Source: Clostridia bacterium (lineage in GTDB: Bacteria > Bacillota > Clostridia > TANB77 > CAG-508). From it: a stretch of DNA of 17,035 bases. The stretch's first letter is position 1. Each line of letters begins with the position of its first letter. The stretch covers positions 1-17,035 of the forward strand of contig JAZUKI010000002.1 of the NCBI GenBank assembly GCA_045643205.1, read 5' to 3'. Below are positions 6,961 to 15,624 of the stretch, piece by piece. Under the pieces are notes generated by a model, which searched no databases, had not been told where the DNA came from, and saw only the letters and a list, made by a program, of their open reading frames with translations. The position numbers and the translations under genes were made by a program.

Positions 6961-8184
6961 TTATGAATAAAAGAATTCTTTGATTCTATCCCAGACTTTA
7001 CTAAAGAATTTTTCATCTGATTTAGAATCAACATTGCTTGATACCGTTTTTATAAATGGTCTTGAAGCAATATATTTTACAAGTGCATACGCTGTACTAT
7101 AAGTTGGTCGTACAGAATTTAATGCTTTTGTCGTTGCCATTTTTACTGGAATATTTAATGTAATTCTTCCGACTATATCACTCTTGCTAATATTAGCAAT
7201 GCCTTGTCCAATTAATATAACTGTATTTATATTTGGTTTTAATCCATTTGCTGTAATATCTTTATTTACTAATTCAAAAATTTGTTCAATTCTCGCTTCG
7301 ATTATTTCTACGATAAATGAACTCTTGATAACTTTGTCTCCTTCTTTGACTGTTGTTAAAACAACTTCGTTATCTGAATCCATATAAGACTTTAATGCAA
7401 GTCCATATTGTTTCTTTAATTTTTCAGCTTCCTCGTATGAAATATTTAAAACTTGTTTTATATCGTTTGTTATATTTTTTCCGCCAACTGAAATTGTATT
7501 TGTATAAAGAATTGTATTTGATGCAAATACTCCTATGTCTGTATTTGATGCTCCAATATCTAATAACATAACAAAATCTTTAAGATCTGTTTCATCTAGA
7601 GCTATTGATTTATCTGCTAATGTTGATGGAACCATTCCATCTATTTTAACATCTATTCTTCTAAATACACTCTCTATTGATTTTATAAATTCTTTATCTG
7701 CTAATAAAACTTGTGCATTCAATGTAAATGATGCGCTAAATGCTCCTATAGGATCATCTGTAATTCTTCCATCATCTAGAACAAAGTTTTCAGCAAGTAT
7801 ATCTATAAATTGTTTATCTTCTGGTATATCTACTTCTTTAGCTTGTGCTATTGCATTTGCAACATCTTTAGAAGATATGCCTGAATATTTATCTTTAGCT
7901 TCTTTTGTAATACTGTTTTGAACAATCGTAACGTACTTGCCAGGTATTGTTATATATGCAGAATTAATTGATATGTTGTTTTCTTTTTCAATTGTGTTTA
8001 TCGCATCTGCTATTGAATCTGCCAAAGCTGATTCATCAATTATTTTTCCTTTCTGGATTCCGTTACTTTTGCTACTTGATTTGCATATGACTTCGATTTG
8101 GTTAAAATTGTTTACATCTCCAACCACAATGCTGATCTTCGATGCGCCAATATCGATGCCTACAATTATATCTCCTACAGCCAA
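6961..8184 (-). CDS. ftsA: Cell division protein FtsA (start revised to TTG at 8184)
   Basis: GIDIG and LLDIG actin-fold motifs, VGGKNITNDI, AEKLK, IIEARIEQIF, C-terminal amphipathic helix FFSKVWDRIKEFF; directly upstream of ftsZ. RBS GGGGGAG (8197-8191) lies 6 nt before the TTG at 8184, inside the longer ORF call. Confidence 0.95.
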   Translation of the reverse strand: MAVGDIIVGIDIGASKISIVVGDVNNFNQIEVICKSSSKSNGIQKGKIIDESALADSIADAINTIEKENNISINSAYITIPGKYVTIVQNSITKEAKDKYSGISSKDVANAIAQAKEVDIPEDKQFIDILAENFVLDDGRITDDPIGAFSASFTLNAQVLLADKEFIKSIESVFRRIDVKIDGMVPSTLADKSIALDETDLKDFVMLLDIGASNTDIGVFASNTILYTNTISVGGKNITNDIKQVLNISYEEAEKLKKQYGLALKSYMDSDNEVVLTTVKEGDKVIKSSFIVEIIEARIEQIFELVNKDITANGLKPNINTVILIGQGIANISKSDIVGRITLNIPVKMATTKALNSVRPTYSTAYALVKYIASRPFIKTVSSNVDSKSDEKFFSKVWDRIKEFFYS

Positions 8185-8235
8185 AGTAAACTCCCCCTTC
8201 AACCAGTCTATTATGTTTATTTAACTACGAGAGTT

Positions 8236-8264
8236 ATATTATATTATTTAATAGCAAAAGTCAA
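8236..8264 (-). promoter_or_regulatory. Putative ftsA-ftsZ sigma-A promoter
   Basis: TTGACT (8264-8259), 17-bp spacer, TAATAT (8241-8236); an overlapping TATAAT lies at 15-bp spacing. Confidence 0.65.
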
Positions 8265-8335
8265 CAAATTCTGAAATGTTTTTGTAATGTTTTTGTAATT
8301 AGTTTGTAATTTATCTTTCAGAATTTGTTGACTTT
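8257..8335. repeat. Perfect 20-bp inverted repeat with 39-bp spacer
   Basis: aaagtcaacaaattctgaaa (8257-8276) / tttcagaatttgttgacttt (8316-8335). Confidence 0.95.
8272..8310 (+). promoter_or_regulatory. Tandem TGTAAT-N5 boxes (WalR/OmpR-family response-regulator site)
   Basis: TGTAAT at 8283, 8294 and 8305 plus TGAAAT at 8272, exact 11-bp period; matches the WalR (YycF) consensus TGTWAH-N5-TGTWAH. Confidence 0.7.
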
Positions 8336-8400
8336 CTTGAACTCTAGTATTTTCAAGGCTTTCATGCTTTGTTTACATAAAATCTTCATGCTCGTTTTTA

Positions 8401-8817
8401 CTATATAATCTTTGTTTCTTCTTCGCTTATTTTTATCTTTTTTTCAGTATCATTTTTTCTCTTTGATGAAGGTCTTTTTTGTTCTAATTTTTCTAAATAT
8501 ATTCTTCTTATAATTCCTAAATTTGATAACATTCTTCCAACAAAAACAATTATTGCAGCTAAATAAATATCTACATTTAATCTTTGTCCAATGAATGTTA
8601 AAAGAATTGCAAGTAATGTATTTGTGATAAACCCTGAAACAAATATTTTAATATCAAATGTTCCTTTTAAGTTTGATGCATAACCACCAATAACTGTATC
8701 CATTGCTGCCACAATTCCTATAGCCAAATAGTTTGATGCAGTATATGGTATTGTTGGAATTAAAAAGCCCATTCCTATTCCGGCTAAACATCCTATAATA
8801 ATTGCTATTATATTCAT
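8401..8817 (-). CDS. sbp: Small basic protein Sbp / DUF1290 family membrane protein (start revised to ATG at 8817)
   Basis: YLAIGIVAAMDTVIGG, IFVSGFITNTLLA, DIYLAAIIVFVGR; canonical position after two DUF881 genes; ATG 1 nt after the upstream stop, with GAGG RBS. Confidence 0.92.
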   Translation of the reverse strand: MNIIAIIIGCLAGIGMGFLIPTIPYTASNYLAIGIVAAMDTVIGGYASNLKGTFDIKIFVSGFITNTLLAILLTFIGQRLNVDIYLAAIIVFVGRMLSNLGIIRRIYLEKLEQKRPSSKRKNDTEKKIKISEEETKII

Positions 8818-8818
8818 A

Positions 8819-9562
8819 TTATTCTTCCTCACTTTCAGTTAAATAATTATATTTATAATTTCCATTATACTTTTTAATTACTATATCATTTGTTTGTTCA
8901 ACAACAACTTTAAGTCCTACACCTTCCATCAAATCAACAAATCCACTGTTTTTCATGTTTAATGTACTTAATAAATACTTTGGATCACCAATAGCTTTTA
9001 TTACATAAGGTGATGCAATTCTTGTACTTCCACTATCTAAAACAATAAATGAATTATTAATAGTAACAATATCTGTTGTATTTATAATTCTATTATCATT
9101 TATAGAAATTGCTTCTGCTCCTGCATACTTTAATTCATTAACTAAGTATCTTAAGTTTTCAGAAGAATATTGTCCTTCAAACGTATCTTTTAATGTTATT
9201 GTTACTCCATTACCTTTTACATCAGTTAATCCAAGTAGCATTTTTGTTTGTTCTAATTCTTTGTTTAATAGTTTTTCAGCTTCTTCGTTTTTTGTTTCTG
9301 TTGCTTTATATTCAGCTATTTTGTTTTGATTTTCTTCATATTTAGTTTGAGCTTCTTCATATTTTTCTTTATATGAAGCTATTTGTTTCTTCAACTCATC
9401 TTCACGCATGCTTTCAATGTTTGTATCTTTATATCTATCAACACTCTTTAATTGAATACTTACAGATGCAACCATTACAACTGTTACTAATCCAACTACA
9501 ACTGCTAAGAAAATACTTTGTGGTGAATGTTTTGAAGATTTATTTTTGTTTTCCTTTTCCAT
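8819..9562 (-). CDS. DUF881 family protein (YlxX-like)
   Basis: N-terminal TM, coiled coil, GLTDVKGNGVTITL, VNELKYAGAEAISINDNRI, PYVIKAIGD; the second ATG (9562) is better spaced from AGGAG. Confidence 0.93.
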   Translation of the reverse strand: MEKENKNKSSKHSPQSIFLAVVVGLVTVVMVASVSIQLKSVDRYKDTNIESMREDELKKQIASYKEKYEEAQTKYEENQNKIAEYKATETKNEEAEKLLNKELEQTKMLLGLTDVKGNGVTITLKDTFEGQYSSENLRYLVNELKYAGAEAISINDNRIINTTDIVTINNSFIVLDSGSTRIASPYVIKAIGDPKYLLSTLNMKNSGFVDLMEGVGLKVVVEQTNDIVIKKYNGNYKYNYLTESEEE

Positions 9563-9598
9563 CATATCTCCTTTTTCTAATTAAAGTTCGGTGCCTAA

Positions 9599-10303
9599 TT
9601 ATTCTTTAACTTGAGTAATATATTTTTGTGAAATAGCTCCTTCATATTTAGATATTTCTACTGAATCAGCTTTATTAATATCTACTGAAGTATATGCTTT
9701 CATGTATTGAATATATCCACCTGGTCTATCAATTCCATATAAACTTTCTTGATTTCCAATTGCTTTAATTACAAAAGGTGAATTAACCTTTTCATTATTA
9801 ATTGAAATAATATTTCCTGCACATACGATACAAGTTGAGTTTACAATTCTTTGATCATTAATTGAAATTGCTTGTGCTCCTGCATTCCATAATTCAGCAA
9901 CAATTTCTCTTAAGTCTGCATCATGAATTAAAAACAAACTCATATTTTCCATATTTCCCGTTGGTGTTCCATCTTTTGCTGTAATAATAATTCCAGGTCC
10001 TTTAACATCTGTTAATCCTAATATCATATTGTTTTTATTTATTTCATCGTTCTTTTCTGTTGAAACATCTTTAGTACTTTCTAATCTTATCTTTTCTAAT
10101 TCTTTAGTAGAATCAGAAAGTTGTGATTGCATTGTTTTATATCTTTCTTCAGCTTTTAAAAGAGTGTCTCTTAAATCTGAATTTGTGAAAGATTGTAATG
10201 CTATCGAATCTTCTGAAGCCATAGTTCTAAGTTGTAGAGTGATAGCTGCAGAAAGAATAAAGCAAATTACTAACACTAATATACTTTTTGCATTTAATTT
10301 CAA
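9599..10303 (-). CDS. DUF881 family protein (YlxW-like)
   Basis: GLTDVKGPGIII, IHDADL, ELWNAGAQAISINDQRI, PFVIKAIGN; TTG start with RBS AAGGAGG. Confidence 0.93.
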   Translation of the reverse strand: MKLNAKSILVLVICFILSAAITLQLRTMASEDSIALQSFTNSDLRDTLLKAEERYKTMQSQLSDSTKELEKIRLESTKDVSTEKNDEINKNNMILGLTDVKGPGIIITAKDGTPTGNMENMSLFLIHDADLREIVAELWNAGAQAISINDQRIVNSTCIVCAGNIISINNEKVNSPFVIKAIGNQESLYGIDRPGGYIQYMKAYTSVDINKADSVEISKYEGAISQKYITQVKE

Positions 10304-10317
10304 AATGTTTCCCTCCT

Positions 10318-11271
10318 TTATATGTTTTGTCTAAAATATGGATTATATTTATTTAAATCTCGATTAACAAATATTTCACCTGAATTGCCTTTTTCTTTTT
10401 CTAATATTTTTTTAACAAATAACATTTTATCTTCTAGCATATCAATGTTTCCAATATGTACATTTTTATTTTCTGTTTGTAAGTACATTATATAATCCTT
10501 TGAATTTGAAACATCTATATATGTTATTAAATCTGCAATTTGTTGTTTCTCGGCTACTTTAATAATTTCTTTTATATCTTCAAGTTTTTTCAAATCTTCA
10601 TTTGAGAAAGTATCATTTGTTTTTAAATTATCTACGTCTGTTTTATATCCTTTGATTTCAATTTTTCCTATTATAGGTTGTGCGGATTTTTCCAAAAATT
10701 TTCCATCCTTATCAAAGAAATAATATGTATCTTCTTTTGCGAAAACAAATTCAATTTTTCTTTCTTTTACTTCTACTGACAAAGTATTAGGTAGTTTGCG
10801 TCTAATGACAACGTCTTTGATGTACGCATTTGGTTCTAATCTTTTCTTAATCAAAAAATTAAATGTTAGGAACAAATTATCATTTTCTTTTATATCAAGA
10901 AGGTTTCTAATTTCAGTTTCTGAAACATGATCATTTCCTAAAATCTCAACCTCTTTAATTTTGAATATTGGTGAACATGCTATTCCTAGCAATGCTGAAA
11001 TTAATCCAAAGAAAACAACTAAAATAATTATTTTCTTTTTTCTTTTCTTTCTTTTTCTTTGAAATTCAGGATCATTTAATTGTTCTTCTTTTTTTAATTG
11101 CTTTATCTTTTTATCCTGTTCTTTTTTTATTTGCTTTGCTTTTTCAGCTTTTTCTTTTTTTATTCTTTTTACTTTTTCAGCTTGTTGCTTTTCTTTTTTC
11201 ATCTGTTGTTTTTTTATTTCTTTAACTCTTTTTTCTGCACTAGCTGACTTCTTCTCTACTTTTTTATCCAT
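10318..11271 (-). CDS. ftsQ: Cell division protein FtsQ/DivIB
   Basis: Lys-rich cytoplasmic N-tail, single TM, POTRA domain (SPIFKIKEVEILGN...YIKDVVIRRKLPNTLSVEVKER); upstream of DUF881-DUF881-sbp-ftsA-ftsZ. Confidence 0.92.
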   Translation of the reverse strand: MDKKVEKKSASAEKRVKEIKKQQMKKEKQQAEKVKRIKKEKAEKAKQIKKEQDKKIKQLKKEEQLNDPEFQRKRKKRKKKIIILVVFFGLISALLGIACSPIFKIKEVEILGNDHVSETEIRNLLDIKENDNLFLTFNFLIKKRLEPNAYIKDVVIRRKLPNTLSVEVKERKIEFVFAKEDTYYFFDKDGKFLEKSAQPIIGKIEIKGYKTDVDNLKTNDTFSNEDLKKLEDIKEIIKVAEKQQIADLITYIDVSNSKDYIMYLQTENKNVHIGNIDMLEDKMLFVKKILEKEKGNSGEIFVNRDLNKYNPYFRQNI

Positions 11272-11300
11272 TAGACGTTACCTATAATTTTTCTTTAAAT

Positions 11301-14300
11301 TTATTTTGCTTTTAAATCTATAGAAAGTAATTTACTAATACCGTTTTCTTCCATTGTAATTCCATATACAGTATCTGCTGCTTCCATTGTTCCTTTTCTA
11401 TGTGTAATTACTAAGAATTGTGTTTCTTTGCTAAACTTCTTTAAATATTCAGCAAATCTATATACGTTAACATCATCAAGTGCTGCCTCGATTTCATCTA
11501 GTATACAGAATGGTGCTGGATTTAATTTAAGAATTGCAAATAACAATGCGATTGCCGTTAATGCTCTTTCACCACCAGATAATTGAAGCATGTTTTGTAG
11601 TTTCTTTCCTGGAGGTTGAACTTTAATTTCAATTCCACATTCCAAAACATTTTCTTTATCTTCTAACATTAATGAAGCATTTCCGCCTCCAAATAATTCA
11701 GCAAATACAACTTGGAAGTTCTTTTCAATTTGTTCAAATTTTTTAACAAATTGATCCTTCATCTTATCTGTCATCTCAGTTATGATATCTCTTAGTTTCG
11801 CTATAGTTGTTTCTAAGTCATATCTTTGAGTAGACATTGTTTCGTATCTTTCTTTTGTATTTTTATACTCATCAATTGCTGCAACATTTACATCACCCAA
11901 AGCTTTTATTTGTGCATGTAATTTGTCTGAATGTTTTTGTGTTTCAACAATGTTCTCAGGTTTTTCATATTGCTCAGCTGCATTGTTTGGAGTAATTTCG
12001 TAATCAGTCCATAAATCATTTATTATTTCTAATAAATCTTGATTCATTGATGCATATTTAGAATCAGCTTTTACTAAACCTTCTTTTACTTTTTGAATAG
12101 TTTCAAATTGTTTAGTTATATCATCTTCTGATTTTACTAATTCTTCGTTCTTTTTAACTCTAGATTCTTTAAGTTCTTCAGTTTTGTTTCCACTGTTTTC
12201 AACTTCTTTTTGAATTCTCTCAATATTGCTTTTTAATTCTTTGATTGTTTCAGCAAGTTCTTTATTTTGCTCAATTGCTTTTTCTATTCCTTGCTTGTTT
12301 TCTTCAATTTTGTTTTGTTCAGCTTTGATATCTTGATCAATTCTTTCCATCATTTCATCAATAGAGTTGTTACTTTCATCAAATGAAGAAACAGAAATTT
12401 TAAGATCTGTAATATCTTCATTTAAGTTGTCTAGAACTTCTTGATCATCTTGATTTAATTCAGCAAATTTCTTAATTTCATCTAATAAAGCATTAGATTG
12501 TTCAGTAAGTGCTGTAATTTCTGTTTGTACTTTTTGTTTTTCTGAAACTTGATCTTCCATTTGCTTTTTATAATTTTCAATGTCGGCTTGTAATCTTTCT
12601 TTGCTTTCATTTATTTTTTCAATTTCATTATCTTGAGCTGTTAATTTTTCTTTGATTGCTGCTAAAGCAACTTCAGATTGTTGAAGCTTTTCGCTTAATT
12701 CAACAATTTGTTGAATTACTAATTCGTTATCTTTTAAGTACTCTTCTTTTGATGTTACTGTTTTTTCCAACTTAGCATCTATTTCAGAAATCTCTTTTTC
12801 TAATTTCTTAATTTGATGTCCTCTACCTAGTAAATTGAAGTTTTTCTTTTGAACACTACCACCAGTCATAGCTCCTGAAGAATTCAAAATATCTCCTTCT
12901 AAAGTAACTATTTTAAATGAATACTTATTTATTTTTGCAACTTTAATTGCATTTTCAATATTGTCTACAATCAATGTTCTTCCTAATAAATTTAATATGA
13001 TACCTTCATATTTTTCATTAGTTTTAACAAGATCTGAAGCAACACCTATTACTCCTTCTTGTGAAGTGTAATTTTCTAGTTTCTTTCCTTTAACTGTTGT
13101 TATTGGTAAAAATGTTGCTCTTCCTAAATTATTTTTTCTTAAATATTCAACCATTCTTTTAGCATCTTGTTCAGTATCTGTTACTATGTTTTGCATAGCT
13201 GCGCCAAGTGCCATTTCAATAGCTGTTTGATATTGATCATCTGTTGAAATAATGTCTGCTAAAACACCATCATTTCCTTTTTTAAGTTCACTATTTGTAT
13301 CTGCTGCATCTAATAAATCTTTTACAGACTTAGCATAACCTTCTCTTTCTTTTTCTGTTTCAACCAAAAAATCATGTTTTTGAGTTTTCATTCTCTTGCT
13401 ATCTGTTAAATTTTCAATTTGTAAATCAAACTCTTTTGTTTTTTGTTCAATTTTATCTTTTTGAATTTGAACTTTATCTAATTCTTCTTTGTTTTTGTTT
13501 CTTTGATTTTCGATATCTAAAACATTTTGATTAATCTTGCTTCTATCATCTCTTTTTGAATCAAGTTCAGAAATTGATTTAGATAAATCTCTTTCTGCTT
13601 GTTTCTTTCTATCTTCAATATTTTCATAATTTGTATCATACATAGTAATGCTGTTTTGAAGATTATATCTTTTATCTATTATTTCATCGTTTTGCTTTTT
13701 CTTATCTTCTATTTCTTTTTGTTTATCAGATAATTTTTTACTAATTTCAGCAAGTTCATTTTCTTTTTCTTTTAGTTCATTAGCAAACTTCTCTTTGTTT
13801 CTTAATAAATTTTCTCTTCTTGTTTCTCTATTCTTTTTATCTTCTTCTAAAGATTTTATTAGCTCTGTTGATTCAGAAATTTCTTGTTCTAATCTATGCT
13901 TTGTTTCTTCATTGTTTGAAATTCTTTCATTGCTAATATTAATATTTGAATTAATTTTTTCAATTTCATTCTTGCTTTCAAAACTTAAATTTTGTACTCT
14001 CTCAATTTCTTGATCTAATTGTTCAATTTCAACTCTAAGTTTTTCTTTTAACTCTTGCATCTTAACAAGTTTAGTTTCTTCTTCTTTGTTTTGAACTTCA
14101 AATATTTCTTTATCTTTTTCAAGTTTTTCTAACTTTTCTTTAAAAGAATCTATCTTGTATAAATAAAGACCAACTTCAATATTCTTTAATTCTTCACGTA
14201 ATTCAACAAATTGTTTTGCCTTTTCTGCTTGAATTCTTAATGGTTCTAAATTATTTTCAATTTCAGATAATATGTCATTAATTCTAATTAAATTAACTTT

Positions 14301-14852
14301 AGTTTGTTCTAATTTCTTTTCAGTCTCTGCTCTTCTTGCTCTAAATTTAATAATACCAGCAGCCTCTTCAAAGATATGACGTCTATCTTCTGACTTAGTT
14401 GATAATATTTCATCAACTTTTCCTTGTCCTATAATTGAATATCCATCTTTACCAATACCAGTATCCATTAATAGTTCAAGAATATCTTTTAATCTGCATG
14501 CAACTTTATTTATAAAGTAACCTGTTTCACCTGTTCTATAAATTCTTCTTGTAATTGTTACCTCTGTAAACTCGATTGGTAATGTTCCATCTGTATTATC
14601 AAAAACAATAGAAACCTCAGCAAAACCCAAAGATTTTCTACTTTGTGTTCCAGCAAAAATAACATCATCAGATTTACCACTTCTTAAAGCTTTCATACTT
14701 TGTTCACCAAGAACCCATCTGATAGCATCAACGATGTTACTCTTACCACTACCGTTAGGTCCTACGATTGTTGTTATACCTTGATTAAAGTCTAATTCTA
14801 ATTTATTTGCAAATGACTTGAACCCTTTAATCTCTACCTTCTTTAAGTACAT
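11301..14852 (-). CDS. smc: Chromosome segregation protein SMC (start revised to ATG at 14852)
   Basis: MYLKKVEIKGFKSF, Walker A GPNGSGKS, hinge LGRATFLP, signature LSGGE, Walker B/D-loop LDEIEAALD, long coiled coils; RBS GGAGG precedes the ATG at 14852. Confidence 0.99.
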   Translation of the reverse strand: MYLKKVEIKGFKSFANKLELDFNQGITTIVGPNGSGKSNIVDAIRWVLGEQSMKALRSGKSDDVIFAGTQSRKSLGFAEVSIVFDNTDGTLPIEFTEVTITRRIYRTGETGYFINKVACRLKDILELLMDTGIGKDGYSIIGQGKVDEILSTKSEDRRHIFEEAAGIIKFRARRAETEKKLEQTKVNLIRINDILSEIENNLEPLRIQAEKAKQFVELREELKNIEVGLYLYKIDSFKEKLEKLEKDKEIFEVQNKEEETKLVKMQELKEKLRVEIEQLDQEIERVQNLSFESKNEIEKINSNINISNERISNNEETKHRLEQEISESTELIKSLEEDKKNRETRRENLLRNKEKFANELKEKENELAEISKKLSDKQKEIEDKKKQNDEIIDKRYNLQNSITMYDTNYENIEDRKKQAERDLSKSISELDSKRDDRSKINQNVLDIENQRNKNKEELDKVQIQKDKIEQKTKEFDLQIENLTDSKRMKTQKHDFLVETEKEREGYAKSVKDLLDAADTNSELKKGNDGVLADIISTDDQYQTAIEMALGAAMQNIVTDTEQDAKRMVEYLRKNNLGRATFLPITTVKGKKLENYTSQEGVIGVASDLVKTNEKYEGIILNLLGRTLIVDNIENAIKVAKINKYSFKIVTLEGDILNSSGAMTGGSVQKKNFNLLGRGHQIKKLEKEISEIDAKLEKTVTSKEEYLKDNELVIQQIVELSEKLQQSEVALAAIKEKLTAQDNEIEKINESKERLQADIENYKKQMEDQVSEKQKVQTEITALTEQSNALLDEIKKFAELNQDDQEVLDNLNEDITDLKISVSSFDESNNSIDEMMERIDQDIKAEQNKIEENKQGIEKAIEQNKELAETIKELKSNIERIQKEVENSGNKTEELKESRVKKNEELVKSEDDITKQFETIQKVKEGLVKADSKYASMNQDLLEIINDLWTDYEITPNNAAEQYEKPENIVETQKHSDKLHAQIKALGDVNVAAIDEYKNTKERYETMSTQRYDLETTIAKLRDIITEMTDKMKDQFVKKFEQIEKNFQVVFAELFGGGNASLMLEDKENVLECGIEIKVQPPGKKLQNMLQLSGGERALTAIALLFAILKLNPAPFCILDEIEAALDDVNVYRFAEYLKKFSKETQFLVITHRKGTMEAADTVYGITMEENGISKLLSIDLKAK

Positions 14853-14910
14853 TTTATCCTCCATTTTGATTACATTCGATTAGTGTAATTTTCTAATTTC
14901 TTTTTAATTT

Positions 14911-15609
14911 TTATCCTAACATCTTTAAGATAATATAACTAATTAAGTTATTATTATAGAACCAATTTCCTAAATAAGATGTAGCTATTGAATCATATAG
15001 CCATCCACCTTTAGTTGCATTGATAAATAATCCTAATATTAAAAATACAATCCATATTTTAATAGCAGCATACATTATACCAAATAATATTCCTGCTATC
15101 TTATTAAGAGATTCTATAATTGGTATATCAGAAACCATTTGTAATAATCCTTTAAGCAATGACAATATGATTGTTACAATTATTATTACTAGTAAGAATG
15201 AAATAATTGTTAAACATATATCTGTTAGTTTATCTGAAATAAAGTTTGCAAGACCTGCTTCTGATGTATCTTCAGTTGCTTTTTCTTGTAAATAATCTTT
15301 TACAAACTTAGGAACGTTTAATGAAGAAACTGCATCTTCTCCACCTTCACTATCTCCTGTGAATAAACTATTACTAATTGATCTTGTAATTCCTTCTGTA
15401 ATATTTTTATCTAAGAAATCAACTATCTTTGTATGTTCTACTAATGTTGTTTTAACTATTGGGTTAATTGCCCATGCTATCCATATTGCTAGGAACACAG
15501 AAATGATTTTATATAATGTTAATAATAATCCTTTTTTATAAGCATTAACACAAGTTGAAATTATAACAGCTAGTATAATTACATCAACAATTATTTTTCC
15601 AATACTCAT
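14911..15609 (-). CDS. CvpA (colicin V production) family membrane protein
   Basis: DVIIL..AYKKGLL N-terminus, 4 TM segments, PIIESLNKIAGILFG motif; RBS AAGGAG. Confidence 0.85.
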   Translation of the reverse strand: MSIGKIIVDVIILAVIISTCVNAYKKGLLLTLYKIISVFLAIWIAWAINPIVKTTLVEHTKIVDFLDKNITEGITRSISNSLFTGDSEGGEDAVSSLNVPKFVKDYLQEKATEDTSEAGLANFISDKLTDICLTIISFLLVIIIVTIILSLLKGLLQMVSDIPIIESLNKIAGILFGIMYAAIKIWIVFLILGLFINATKGGWLYDSIATSYLGNWFYNNNLISYIILKMLG

Positions 15610-15624
15610 AATAATTCTCCTTTA

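Noticed and set aside
8257-8335. MITE or IS remnant
   Set aside because: No target-site duplication, no second copy and no transposase in the window; cannot be fully excluded without a genome-wide search.
8328-8356. Outward antisense promoter from the right arm of the inverted repeat
   Set aside because: TTGACT is present but there is no TAnnnT -10 at 16-18 bp spacing.
14523-14538. parS-like TGTTTCAC inside smc
   Set aside because: Only a half site; the second half does not match GTGAAACA.
1652-15541. Other short plus-strand ORFs in the track
   Set aside because: All lie wholly or largely antisense to well-supported genes and show no recognisable motifs.
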